From Bacteroidales bacterium (lineage in GTDB: Bacteria; Bacteroidota; Bacteroidia; Bacteroidales; TTA-H9): DNA of 64,000 nucleotides. Positions 54,958 through 64,000 of the stretch are shown one piece after another. Each line of letters starts with the position of its first letter. The first letter of the stretch is position 1. The stretch spans positions 172,522 through 236,521 of the forward strand of contig JAUSOY010000083.1 in the NCBI GenBank assembly GCA_030656615.1, read 5' to 3'. The position numbers were made by a program, and so were the translations under genes. The notes beneath the pieces are model-generated. The model searched no databases. It was given only the letters and a program-made list of their open reading frames with translations, and was not told where the DNA came from.

Positions 54958-56295
54958 ATGCAAAAAGTCCTTATTTTAGGTGCCGGACGAGTTTCTAATC
55001 CAATCGTTCAGTATCTGCTTCAAAATGATTTTTTTGTAACCGCTGCCGATATCGATCTTGAAAAGGCAGAGGCTAATATCAATAATCACCCCAATGGAAA
55101 AGCAATCGCATTTTCCGTTGACGATCAGGTAGCGCTCGATCAGTTGGTTGCTTCTCATGATCTTACTGTTAGTTTGCTTCCTTGGATGTTTCATCTTAAA
55201 GTGGCAGAAAGTTGTGTCAGGTTTAAAAAACATATGGTTACTACATCCTATGTTAAACCCGAAATGCAGGATTTGGATTCCGCTGCTCGCGAAGCCGGAA
55301 TTATTATTTTAAATGAGTTGGGCCTCGACCCGGGCATCGATCATATGTCGGCCATGCGGATCATTGATAATGTACATGCCAGAGGAGGGATAATTGACGA
55401 ATTTTATAGTATTTGTGGTGCATTACCTGCTCCCGAAGCGGCCAATAATCCCTTTCACTACAAGTTTTCGTGGAGTCCAAAAGGTGTTGTACTTGCCAGC
55501 ATGAATGATGCATCGTATAAACGGCGTGGAGATATGGTAGAAATTCCTACTGCCAACCTCTTTAAAAATCCCATCAAAGTTGATTTCCCGGAAGTCGGAA
55601 TGCTGGATGTTTATCCCAATCGCGATTCGGTTTCGTATATCGATATTTATGGAATTCCAGAAGTACAAACCATTATGCGGGGCACATTTCGCTTTCCTGG
55701 TTGGTGCGAAACACTGGATGCAATAAAAGCGCTTGGGATAATTTCACAAGATAAATTTGATTATACCGGAATGTCGTATGCACAGTTTATGGCTCATTGT
55801 ATCGGTAGCGAAAATTCAGAAAATATCCGTCAACAGTTAGCCGCAAAACTTGGCATTAATCCTGAAGCGTATGCACTCGACGCGCTCGAATGGCTTGGAT
55901 TATTCAGTAAAAACCTGATGAACCGGTCTCTGGATTCGGGATTTGAAATTGTATCTGATATGATGCTTGAGAAAATGGAATTAGCGTCCTCTGAAAGAGA
56001 TATGGTTGTTCTTCAGCATACGTTCCTGGCTTCATATCCTGATGAGACTTCGGAAGTTATACGTTCGCGCATGCTCGATTTTGGAAAACCAGGCGGCGAT
56101 ACATCCATAGCCCGAACGGTTGCATTGCCAGCGGCTATTGGTGTTAAAATGATACTTCAGGGAAATATTAAGCTTACAGGTATTTATCGGCCGGTACTTC
56201 CAGAGATTTATAACCCGATTTTGGACGAACTCGAGAATTTAAATATTCGTATGGAAGAAGAATATGGCCTGCCTTTGTCAGAAAACATTTATTAA
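54958..56295 (+). CDS. Saccharopine dehydrogenase (L-glutamate-forming, LYS9/SDH-like)
   Basis: Rossmann motif VLILGAGRVSNP, then TTSYV, LNELGLDPGIDHM and NPFHYKFSWSPKGV, which are typical of saccharopine reductase/SDH. Confidence 0.8.
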   Translation: MQKVLILGAGRVSNPIVQYLLQNDFFVTAADIDLEKAEANINNHPNGKAIAFSVDDQVALDQLVASHDLTVSLLPWMFHLKVAESCVRFKKHMVTTSYVKPEMQDLDSAAREAGIIILNELGLDPGIDHMSAMRIIDNVHARGGIIDEFYSICGALPAPEAANNPFHYKFSWSPKGVVLASMNDASYKRRGDMVEIPTANLFKNPIKVDFPEVGMLDVYPNRDSVSYIDIYGIPEVQTIMRGTFRFPGWCETLDAIKALGIISQDKFDYTGMSYAQFMAHCIGSENSENIRQQLAAKLGINPEAYALDALEWLGLFSKNLMNRSLDSGFEIVSDMMLEKMELASSERDMVVLQHTFLASYPDETSEVIRSRMLDFGKPGGDTSIARTVALPAAIGVKMILQGNIKLTGIYRPVLPEIYNPILDELENLNIRMEEEYGLPLSENIY

Positions 56296-56312
56296 AAATT
56301 GATATACCTCAC

Positions 56313-56343
56313 AAAAAGCCGGCAACAAGCCGGTTTTTTTTTG
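56313..56343 (+). terminator. Intrinsic terminator
   Basis: aaaaagccggc-aacaa-gccgg followed by T10. Confidence 0.75.
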
Positions 56344-56508
56344 ATGATTAAAAACCTTAGCGATTATCCTCATCCCAAAAAATTGCCGAATCTTATTTCG
56401 TGATATGCTTTGGTTTGTTTGATACGCTAAGACGAGATGCAGAAAAGTTTCGTGGATTATTTTGCTAATAGTCTGATAATCAATACGAGTCGACTGAATT
56501 ATTCTTTT

Positions 56509-56516
56509 TATCTTTG
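56509..56516 (+). promoter_or_regulatory. Bacteroidota -7 box (TAnnTTTG)
   Basis: TATCTTTG located 44 nt upstream of the ATG at 56560. Confidence 0.45.
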
Positions 56517-56559
56517 TGTTTTAATATTTATTGAATTTTAACTTCAGCAATAGAGCGAT

Positions 56560-57324
56560 ATGGCAGAAAATAAAGGATCAAGCAAAAGTAAGTATGCCAA
56601 ATGGATTGGTGGTGGCTTAGGGTGGGCCTTTGGTGGACCTATTGGTGGTGTACTTGGGTTTATTTTTGGTTCGATGATCGATGGAATGCAATCGGGTTCA
56701 TACGAATTTCAGGGGCAGACATTATCTCAAGGGAATAGAACCCGAAAGGGTGATTTTAGTGTAAGCCTCTTGGTTCTTGCTGCCGCTGTAATGAAAGCCG
56801 ACGGTCAGGTATTGAAATCAGAACTCGATTTTGTAAAACGGTTTTTTGTACGTCAATTTGGTGAGCAGGAGGCTACCGAACAAATAAAACTTTTACGGGA
56901 CATTCTTAAGCAGGAAATTCCTTTGCATGAAGTTTGCGGACAGATTTCGACCTATATGGATTATAGTACCCGTCTTCAATTACTTCATTTCCTTTATGGG
57001 ATAGCAGGAGCTGATAATACGTATCATACGGCCGAAACGGATGTTATTGAGTCAATTGCTCGTTGGTTAGGCATCTCTGCTACTGATTATAAATCAGTAA
57101 AAGCCATGTTTATTAAAGATACGGCCAATGCCTATCAAATTTTGGGCATATCGACTTCTGCAACCGATGAGGAGTTAAAGAAAGCGTATCGTGCCATGGC
57201 CATATTACATCATCCTGATAAGGTAAGCCATCTTGGAAATGATGTTCAAAATGCTGCTAAAGAAAAGTTTCAACAAATTAATGCCGCTTACGAGGAAATC
57301 AAAAAGGAACGCGGTCTTAAATAG
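56560..57324 (+). CDS. djlA: DjlA-like co-chaperone: Gly-zipper membrane segment, TerB-like domain and C-terminal J domain
   Basis: GGGLGWAFGGPIGGVLGFIFGSMIDG is a Gly-zipper TM segment. The central TerB-like region contains AAAVMKADGQV. The J domain reads YQILGISTSATDEELKKAYRAMAILHHPDK. Confidence 0.75.
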   Translation: MAENKGSSKSKYAKWIGGGLGWAFGGPIGGVLGFIFGSMIDGMQSGSYEFQGQTLSQGNRTRKGDFSVSLLVLAAAVMKADGQVLKSELDFVKRFFVRQFGEQEATEQIKLLRDILKQEIPLHEVCGQISTYMDYSTRLQLLHFLYGIAGADNTYHTAETDVIESIARWLGISATDYKSVKAMFIKDTANAYQILGISTSATDEELKKAYRAMAILHHPDKVSHLGNDVQNAAKEKFQQINAAYEEIKKERGLK

Positions 57325-57345
57325 GGCTTCGATTTTATACCAATT

Positions 57346-57852
57346 ATGATACCTGAACATCATTCACAGCTAGAATCTGCGGTTAAAAACCGAAAGATTT
57401 ATCAAAAATTTGTCAAGGATCTGAAAAAGAAACCACCCCGCGATTTGGATGAGATTATTCATGCCATGCATGATGAGGCTTTTCAAAATATTGACTGCCT
57501 TCAATGCGGGAATTGTTGCAGGGCTTTAGGTCCGCGTTTAAGCGATCGCGATATTACTGCTCTTGCCAAACATCTTAGAATTAGCCCTGGTAATTTCACG
57601 GCACAACACTTATGTTTAGATGATGACAGGGATTATGTATTTACCAAAATGCCCTGCCTTTTTCTTGATGCTGATAATTATTGCCAGGTTTATAAAAACA
57701 GACCAAAAGCTTGTGGCGAATATCCACACATGTTGGAGGCACGTATGCACCAATTCCTTAACTTGGCTCTGAAGAATGCAGAAATGTGTCCAGCCGTCGC
57801 TTATGTGTTGGAAAAATTGTTGCAGAAATTCGATTACAATCCAAAATTGTAA
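57346..57852 (+). CDS. YkgJ-family (UPF0153) cysteine-cluster protein
   Basis: CLQCGNCCR is the CxxCxxCC motif, and there is a second Cys cluster (CLFLDADNYCQVYKNRPKAC). Confidence 0.7.
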   Translation: MIPEHHSQLESAVKNRKIYQKFVKDLKKKPPRDLDEIIHAMHDEAFQNIDCLQCGNCCRALGPRLSDRDITALAKHLRISPGNFTAQHLCLDDDRDYVFTKMPCLFLDADNYCQVYKNRPKACGEYPHMLEARMHQFLNLALKNAEMCPAVAYVLEKLLQKFDYNPKL

Positions 57853-58008
57853 ACAGATTAGTGATTATTATTCTTCATGAATTCTTTACGATTTTGATGG
57901 CATTATGGCTGAAAGAATCTGTAAAGTGTTTTTTATCAAGAGATGTTGGATTGAATTGAGTTAAAAGCGGAAATAATTCATTCTGCAATATTTCAATGAG
58001 ACCTTAGC

Positions 58009-59034
58009 TTAAGACTCTTTTCTGAGTAATTCTTTGGTACTTAACAATCCACAGGCGGCATCAATATCCTGGCCCCTCGAAGCTCTGATGGTGGTAAGAA
58101 TGCCTTTAGCATTTAGCTTTTCTTTAAACTCCTGAATGGTATTCTCTGATGAAGAAGTCAGAGGTGAATCCGGTATGGGATGAAAACGGATGAGATTAAC
58201 ACGGCATTTTAATCCGTGTAAAATTCGGGAAAGTTCATTAATATGTCGGGCATCATCGTTCACACCTTTAAACATAATGTACTCGAATGAAACTCTGCGT
58301 TGATGTGTCCAGTCATGTTTTTTAATCGTTTGAATAACCTCATGAAGTGGGTAAACGTGATTTACAGGCATGAGTTGTCGTCTTTCTTCTTCAAAGGGTG
58401 TATGTAAACTGACCGCCAGATGACACTGACTTTTATTAAGAAACTCTTCCATCGCAGGTATGATGCCAATGGTTGAAACAGTAATTCGTTTTGGACTCCA
58501 TCCATATCCCCATGAAGCGGTAAGGATTTCTGAGCTTTTTAAAACATTTTCAAGATTATCAAAAGGTTCGCCCATCCCCATGTAAACAACATTTGTAAGT
58601 ATCGATTTCTCAGGAAGGCTGCGAATTTGGTTTAAAATTTCATTCGAAGTCAGATGTGCCTGAAAACCTTGTTTTCCCGTCATGCAAAATAAACAACCCA
58701 TTTTACAACCCACCTGTGATGAAACACAAAGTGTTGATCGGCCTTCATCGGGAATATATGCCGCTTCAATGGTTCTGCGTATGCCGTATGAAAAAAGATA
58801 TTTTTTTGTTCCGTCAGTCGATTCCTGTACACCACTATTAGGAGTAAGGCCGATGGTGTATTGTTTCGCCAGCTTTTCGCGGCCAGTTTTCGAAATATTG
58901 GTCATTGCATCAATACTATCGACTTCAGAATGGTATAACCAAACAGCGATTTGTTTTGCAGCAAAGGCGGGTAGTCCGGCATCTGCTGCTATCACTTTTA
59001 ATTCATCAAGGGTTTTCCCGTACAAGGCGTCCAT
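58009..59034 (-). CDS. rlmN: 23S rRNA/tRNA (adenine-C2)-methyltransferase RlmN (radical SAM)
   Basis: CVSSQVGCKMGCLFCMTG is the CxxxCxxC radical-SAM site. GMGEPFDN and the C-terminal DIDAACGLL are present. Confidence 0.92.
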   Translation of the reverse strand: MDALYGKTLDELKVIAADAGLPAFAAKQIAVWLYHSEVDSIDAMTNISKTGREKLAKQYTIGLTPNSGVQESTDGTKKYLFSYGIRRTIEAAYIPDEGRSTLCVSSQVGCKMGCLFCMTGKQGFQAHLTSNEILNQIRSLPEKSILTNVVYMGMGEPFDNLENVLKSSEILTASWGYGWSPKRITVSTIGIIPAMEEFLNKSQCHLAVSLHTPFEEERRQLMPVNHVYPLHEVIQTIKKHDWTHQRRVSFEYIMFKGVNDDARHINELSRILHGLKCRVNLIRFHPIPDSPLTSSSENTIQEFKEKLNAKGILTTIRASRGQDIDAACGLLSTKELLRKES

Positions 59035-59082
59035 TGTTGGTGTTTAGGTGAGCAAAATTACTGCTTTCAGTGCAATAGGGCA

Positions 59083-59745
59083 TTAGAAATATATTTCTGA
59101 AATAATCTGTGTAAACGATACGCCTTTATTAATTAAAATATCTCTCGAATCCACAACCATTTCGGCACTGCCACAGAGCATATATTTTGATTTTTTGTCA
59201 GCTTCATGATCCCATAGGTATTGTGTAACTCTTCCGTGGTAGCTGTTTTGTAATTCACCGGAAGAACAGCATCGAATGTATTTATCTTTAAGTTTTAATT
59301 TAAAAATTTCGTCGAAATAGAAATCCGATTCTTGCCGGGCTCCGCGTATCAAGGTTTTTCCGGAATGCAGACCCGATAAAACCATCGATAAAAAGGGTGC
59401 TATTCCTGTTCCGGTTGCGATCCATATCGTTTCTTTTGCCGGATCGGTAAAACTTCCGAAGGCACTACTACAGAAAACTTTGTCACCAGGTTTTAGTCCG
59501 GATAATAGTGGGGTTAATTTGCCGCCCTTTACCACGCTATATATAATACCAAAATAATCATCATGGATACCTGAAGCGATTGAATACAGGCGGGGAGGTG
59601 TTTTGATATTTTCGGTGAGTCGTATCATCTGGCCTGGAATAAAATCACTGGTCCGTTCTGTTTTAAGATAATACACGGAAGGAGCCACTTCTGAATTTTC
59701 AAATACCTTGCATGTCTTTAAAGACATTTTTTCTGCGAGAATCAT
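59083..59745 (-). CDS. Ferredoxin-NADP reductase-like flavoprotein (FAD_binding_6 / NAD_binding_1)
   Basis: RLYSIAS is the RxYS FAD motif. WIATGTGIAPFLSM is the NAD(P)-binding GTGIAP motif. C-terminal MLCGSAEMV. Confidence 0.7.
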   Translation of the reverse strand: MILAEKMSLKTCKVFENSEVAPSVYYLKTERTSDFIPGQMIRLTENIKTPPRLYSIASGIHDDYFGIIYSVVKGGKLTPLLSGLKPGDKVFCSSAFGSFTDPAKETIWIATGTGIAPFLSMVLSGLHSGKTLIRGARQESDFYFDEIFKLKLKDKYIRCCSSGELQNSYHGRVTQYLWDHEADKKSKYMLCGSAEMVVDSRDILINKGVSFTQIISEIYF

Positions 59746-59882
59746 TGTTCTAAAACTATTTGCATTAGTAACCTCATTTATAAAAACATGTTCATTTCGA
59801 TTTTTATTTTTTACTCCCGTTATTATATTGTATTATTTGAACAATTTTGTGCCTTGGCGTCTTTATTGATAAATTACTTTAT

Positions 59883-60425
59883 ATGCACCGACTTATCCAA
59901 CTCAATACAATTGATGATATTCCCGAGGGAATGAGAAATACACCCGTTGAAGATCTTATAAGGTTCCATAACTGGGGTCATCCACATGAGGAATATACAA
60001 AAGCTGTGATGTTGGTCGGGATGTGTATGGATAATCGAAAACTCTTACGGGTGCCTGATTCTTTTGCATTTATTATTCGTACTGGTGGCGCTAACCTGAG
60101 ATATAGCGAGTTTAAAGTAAGCTTTGCAATAGCTGTTGGAGGCGTAAAACATATCGTCCTTATGGGCCATAACAAATGCGGTATGGTAAATCTGGCATCC
60201 AATCGTGAAAGTTTTATTGATGGATTGGTGAAAATTGCGGGATGGGAGAGGCCCCAGGCCGAAGAGCATTTCATGCATTATGCTCCCCTGTTCGAAATTG
60301 GGAACGAAATTGACTTTGTCATTCAGGAAACAGAAAGGATTCAGAAACGGTATCCGCAGATACAGGTCCATACAATGTATTATAATGTGGATGAAAATAA
60401 GCTCTACGCATTGCAGCGTGACTGA
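59883..60425 (+). CDS. Beta-class carbonic anhydrase-like protein
   Basis: From the ATG at 59883, CMDNR (CxDxR) and GHNKCG (HxxC) provide the zinc-ligand pattern of beta-CAs. It is otherwise divergent. Confidence 0.45.
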   Translation: MHRLIQLNTIDDIPEGMRNTPVEDLIRFHNWGHPHEEYTKAVMLVGMCMDNRKLLRVPDSFAFIIRTGGANLRYSEFKVSFAIAVGGVKHIVLMGHNKCGMVNLASNRESFIDGLVKIAGWERPQAEEHFMHYAPLFEIGNEIDFVIQETERIQKRYPQIQVHTMYYNVDENKLYALQRD

Positions 60426-60463
60426 AACACTGGGTAAAGGAAATCCTTACTTTCGCAATATTA

Positions 60464-61132
60464 ATGAACAGATTTCCAATGAGAATTCACGCTTACCTGT
60501 ATTTGCTTTTTTCATTTTTGTTTTTCAATCAATTATCTGCTCAGCAAATATCAACGGCTGATCCTGTATCGTATGATTTTTCTGAAGCCCTTGTTCAATC
60601 AGATGATGCTCCGGATGTTCCGGGTTTTATCAGCGACCATTATCGTCGTTTAGGAATCCGGCTAAAAAGCGTTGTAAGAAACCATCAAAATCCCGCCGAA
60701 TATTATGTGTATGGTAAGAGCAAAGTGAGAAGTAATATCACTGAATTTGCTGGTCTGATTACCATTGATAGTATTAATAGAATAGAAAAGGCTGGAATTA
60801 TTTATTTGGCAACGTATTGGTCCTTTCAGTTTTCTGAGAATCAAACAGACAAGCATACTGGATGTTTTGAAGGAAGGGGAGAAGCTGTTTTTATAAGCGG
60901 GAATCCTGTGTTTAGAACATCGCCTATCATTAATGTATTAAAGGATGATAATACAGATCGGATTTACTATGGACATTGGATTACGCACGATGCCAAGCTT
61001 AAACTGCCATGTTCCTGGGGTGATTTTTCGATAAGAAATTGTGGTGACCTGGATGTTGGAAAAGAAAGCTTCAGCCCAAACCCAAAATATTATTCGATGG
61101 GATGGAATGAAATTGTAGACAAGTGGTGGTGA
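60464..61132 (+). CDS. Secreted hypothetical protein
   Basis: 222 aa with a signal peptide (LYLLFSFLFFNQLSAQQ). No recognisable motif. Confidence 0.45.
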   Translation: MNRFPMRIHAYLYLLFSFLFFNQLSAQQISTADPVSYDFSEALVQSDDAPDVPGFISDHYRRLGIRLKSVVRNHQNPAEYYVYGKSKVRSNITEFAGLITIDSINRIEKAGIIYLATYWSFQFSENQTDKHTGCFEGRGEAVFISGNPVFRTSPIINVLKDDNTDRIYYGHWITHDAKLKLPCSWGDFSIRNCGDLDVGKESFSPNPKYYSMGWNEIVDKWW

Positions 61133-61143
61133 TAAAAAAAGAA

Positions 61144-63759
61144 TTATTTCTTCACGATCTTTTTCGTAAGACTTTTTCCTTTAGCAGATATTTTTACCAA
61201 ATATACGCCAGAGTGTTCTTTTTCGAGATTGATAACTTTGAGGATTTGACCCTTGGCCGTTATTTCCTCATTATAAATTTCTTGGCCAAGTGTATTTGAA
61301 ATCTGAATTTGCGTTTTTGAATCTTTTAAACCACTAATACGAATATTGAAAATTCCATCGCCTGGATTGGGGCTGATGGCAACTTCAACGCCCTCAAGCG
61401 TATTTTCTAAAACTCCAACACAAGGATCAAGTAAAAGAAGCATTTCGTCATTATAGTTTCCTGTACATGGACTAATTGCCGAAGCAGATAATTTGAGAAC
61501 TACATTTCCAAGGAGCAAATCATTGGGTCCCGGAGTATAGGTGGCGTTTTCAGTATATGGATTAATAAAAGCCCCATCACCAAAGCTTGTCCAAGTATAG
61601 TTTTCTCCACTGTTTACCGTTGGTTGAGTGATAAAAGGAAATTCCCAATAACAAATTGTACTGTCAATACCCGCCATTATTGTTGGAATGGCGCGAACGG
61701 TTAATAGGAGAGTATCAGAGGCATTGGGTGAACAGCCTGTAATAGCGTTAGCAGTCAGGATAAGCTTTGCAGAACCATTTTGAGCATCCATAACACCAGG
61801 AGTGTATACTGCATCAAGGATTGCAGGATTAGCAAAGGTTCCATCACCGGTAGATACCCAATGTAAATTCTTAAAATTCTGAGCAGTGGCCTGCGTAGTA
61901 AATGTCGATGTTTGACATATAGCAGCATCATTACCAGCGTTAGCTGTTGGTGGCAGGCTTACGGTAACCGTAACGGTATCAATTATTGTAGAAGTGCCAT
62001 TTACAACTGAACAAATATAGGATGTTGTGGCGGAGGGTGTAACGGTTGGGTTCGCAGTATTATTCGTAAAACCAGCTGGTATCGAAGTCCAGGAATAGGT
62101 AATCGTTCCCGTTCCACCCATGGCATTGGCCGAAAGGTTCGAAGATTGTCCTGTGCAAATCGAATCAGGGCTTGCTGTAAGTGTTGCACTGAATACAGAT
62201 TCGAAAGTAAAAGAAGCAATTCGGGTCTTCCAGGCTTGTGAACTGGTGTTCTGCATATATTCGGTAGTGAACCAGAAAGTGTTCGGCATTGATGGGTCAA
62301 TGGACATGGATGAATAATCACCCCATCTGCCATTACCAATTAAACCGCCGGTTTGTGATCCTCCTCCGGCAATAATGGTTGTTTCTGCAATGGTCATTTC
62401 GCCCAGTGGGTCATTCGCCATACGTCCGGTATAACGGATACCAGGATAAACCGAGCTACTGGAAACACTATAACCAACAGCAATATTTCCTTGTGCATCC
62501 ATTGCTGCTGATCCCATCCAGCGGTGTGTATTATCTGGTGAATATGTTCCCTGTTGATATATCGACCATGGAGTTGTGGATGTTTTTCTGAATTCATACC
62601 AACGAACACCTGCAATTCCACTTACATTCACGGAATGATTGGTTACCATAGTTTGATAGGTTCCAAAATTACGGTATTGAAGACGATACATCAGTCTGTC
62701 GGATAAGGCATCAAGTTTACGCGTTGTGCCTGGTTGTGGTATTCCGGAGATGCCACTCGAAAAGGATGCTGTAGTTAAACTTTGATCCAGAGCGAATGTT
62801 GAATTGGTGGTTGTTGTCCAATCAATTGTCATTTTATAAATGACAATTTTATCAGGAAAATCATTCATATATGCAAAATATGCAGGTGATGTTGAAGGAG
62901 GAGCAGGTCCATCGGCATCAGCAGGCATAAAACTATAGGGTTCAGCCGATGCTGGATAAGTAAATACAAGCATTTGAGCACTCGGATCTCCGGTTAGCAT
63001 TTTCGCTCTTTCAAAAGCAACAGCACCAGATCCGGTATAATTTCCTGAGCCGGAGGTAAAACGGTTGATAGACATTAAGTATGCATTATGCCAAACGGCA
63101 AGCTTTGGATAATCAGGCATATCAGCAAACTGAAACGCGTAACGATACCATTGTCCGGTTGGATCACCAGTCTGGGAAACAGCAATCATCTCCCAAAACG
63201 GGCCATTGGGATAATTTGGAAGAGCAAACTGGGTAGCAATCCACCGGTTTGAATACTCATCGTACATAATAATTGGGTCACCATCATTTGAGCCAGTCCA
63301 CGCACCCGGAAAACCATTCCATAGAGTGCTGTTGGCAACAGGCCCATATAATGAACCTCCAGTTTTATTGAAAATCTGAAAAGAAAGATTAATCATTTGA
63401 AAATAATGGTTGGGGCCAACATCACCATCGGTATCGGGAGGCATTACACCATTAATATTACTTACTCCACCAAAATTAGCATTGAAACTGGCGTTAACCC
63501 ATTTACCCATTTTGCGCTGTACCACGGGATCTGTAATGGGCATTGTGTCAATCGCTTGTCGGGGTGGCATGTTTTTAACAACTCCGTTTTTCCAGCTACG
63601 GTCAACAATACCTGGCGTTACAACAGGCATGTCGCGAAGTGGGGGAGTGGTGTCCATATAAACAGCTTTAACAATATAAGTTGGATGAATTTCATTCTGG
63701 GCATGTAATAAGCATGCCGATGAAATTAAAAGAGCTACGGTTAGTAAAATTTTTCTCAT
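61144..63759 (-). CDS. Large T9SS-sorted secreted protein (N-terminal propeller-like region, Ig-like repeats, Por_Secre_tail)
   Basis: 871 aa. Signal peptide ending in LHAQ. The central/C-terminal repeated region TLTASPDSICTGQSSNLSA...YSWTS is a PKD/SprB-like pattern. The C-terminal domain runs ISPNPGDGIFN...GVYLVKIS...KIVKK. Confidence 0.65.
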   Translation of the reverse strand: MRKILLTVALLISSACLLHAQNEIHPTYIVKAVYMDTTPPLRDMPVVTPGIVDRSWKNGVVKNMPPRQAIDTMPITDPVVQRKMGKWVNASFNANFGGVSNINGVMPPDTDGDVGPNHYFQMINLSFQIFNKTGGSLYGPVANSTLWNGFPGAWTGSNDGDPIIMYDEYSNRWIATQFALPNYPNGPFWEMIAVSQTGDPTGQWYRYAFQFADMPDYPKLAVWHNAYLMSINRFTSGSGNYTGSGAVAFERAKMLTGDPSAQMLVFTYPASAEPYSFMPADADGPAPPSTSPAYFAYMNDFPDKIVIYKMTIDWTTTTNSTFALDQSLTTASFSSGISGIPQPGTTRKLDALSDRLMYRLQYRNFGTYQTMVTNHSVNVSGIAGVRWYEFRKTSTTPWSIYQQGTYSPDNTHRWMGSAAMDAQGNIAVGYSVSSSSVYPGIRYTGRMANDPLGEMTIAETTIIAGGGSQTGGLIGNGRWGDYSSMSIDPSMPNTFWFTTEYMQNTSSQAWKTRIASFTFESVFSATLTASPDSICTGQSSNLSANAMGGTGTITYSWTSIPAGFTNNTANPTVTPSATTSYICSVVNGTSTIIDTVTVTVSLPPTANAGNDAAICQTSTFTTQATAQNFKNLHWVSTGDGTFANPAILDAVYTPGVMDAQNGSAKLILTANAITGCSPNASDTLLLTVRAIPTIMAGIDSTICYWEFPFITQPTVNSGENYTWTSFGDGAFINPYTENATYTPGPNDLLLGNVVLKLSASAISPCTGNYNDEMLLLLDPCVGVLENTLEGVEVAISPNPGDGIFNIRISGLKDSKTQIQISNTLGQEIYNEEITAKGQILKVINLEKEHSGVYLVKISAKGKSLTKKIVKK

Positions 63760-64000
63760 TTTTCAGATTTTCTGTGCTTTAATATAGCACACAGGTTAAA
63801 AAGGCAATAAATTGATTAAACAAAAGCATACAATTAAATTATTCACAACAAAGGTAAATATCTGGTAATTATGATACGTTGTAAGGTCACTGTTTAGAAT
63901 TATTCTATTTATAAACAGTTCAACACCACGTTTAATGAAAGGTTCAGCAATGATTCATTTTTATAATAACATTATTTTTTTTGAATTGTGAGCATCGGCG

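Noticed and set aside
1-64000. CRISPR arrays, cas genes, rRNA genes, transposases or IS elements
   Set aside because: I found no regularly spaced direct repeats with unique spacers. No ORF has Cas, transposase or reverse-transcriptase motifs. No rRNA-like sequence was found while reading through the window.

Overview
This window is a chromosomal segment from a member of the Bacteroidota. The evidence is three Por_Secre_tail-type T9SS C-terminal sorting domains, repeated TAnnTTTG -7 promoter boxes, and the conserved order rpsU / xerC-like / hpf / tRNA-Tyr-Gly-Thr / tuf / tRNA-Trp / secE-nusG-rplKAJL-rpoBC. Most of it is housekeeping: rnfCDGEA, ftsE, two glycosyltransferases, proS, a PiT phosphate transporter, pabA/B/C plus ridA, a NamZ/symporter pair, a porin-nrfHA nitrite-ammonification operon, the ribosomal/RNAP block, split saccharopine-pathway genes, a djlA-like gene and rlmN. 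The clearly accessory part is about 25.2-34.8 kb. Its most interesting content is an uncharacterised module with two convergent arms. One arm is an ECF sigma factor plus a membrane-spanning TPR anti-sigma-like protein. The other arm is a T9SS-sorted dockerin/cohesin-like surface protein plus a 1089-aa exported, C-terminally anchored TPR-CHAT (caspase-like) protease. Each arm is preceded by the same 35-nt element (34/35 identical, inverted orientation) that begins with a G8 or G7 homopolymer. The gene content resembles the TPR-CHAT / sigma-sequestering / RpoE logic of type III-E CRISPR (Craspase), but no cas genes or CRISPR array are present here, and the protease is predicted to be extracytoplasmic. 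Next to this module, a tandem-DUF3494 ice-binding-like T9SS gene interrupts the conserved rpsU-xerC junction. It is bracketed by two copies of a ~58-nt element, each sitting directly after an intrinsic terminator. Other items of interest are a Y/G/N/W-rich low-complexity lipoprotein paired with a FadL-like barrel, a DUF4476 gene split by two in-frame stops, a bacterial GH47 mannosidase, and split LKR/SDH genes. All calls come from manual reading of the ORF translations and DNA. No database searches or folding computations were run. Family names are recognised from sequence motifs and should be confirmed by HMM searches.
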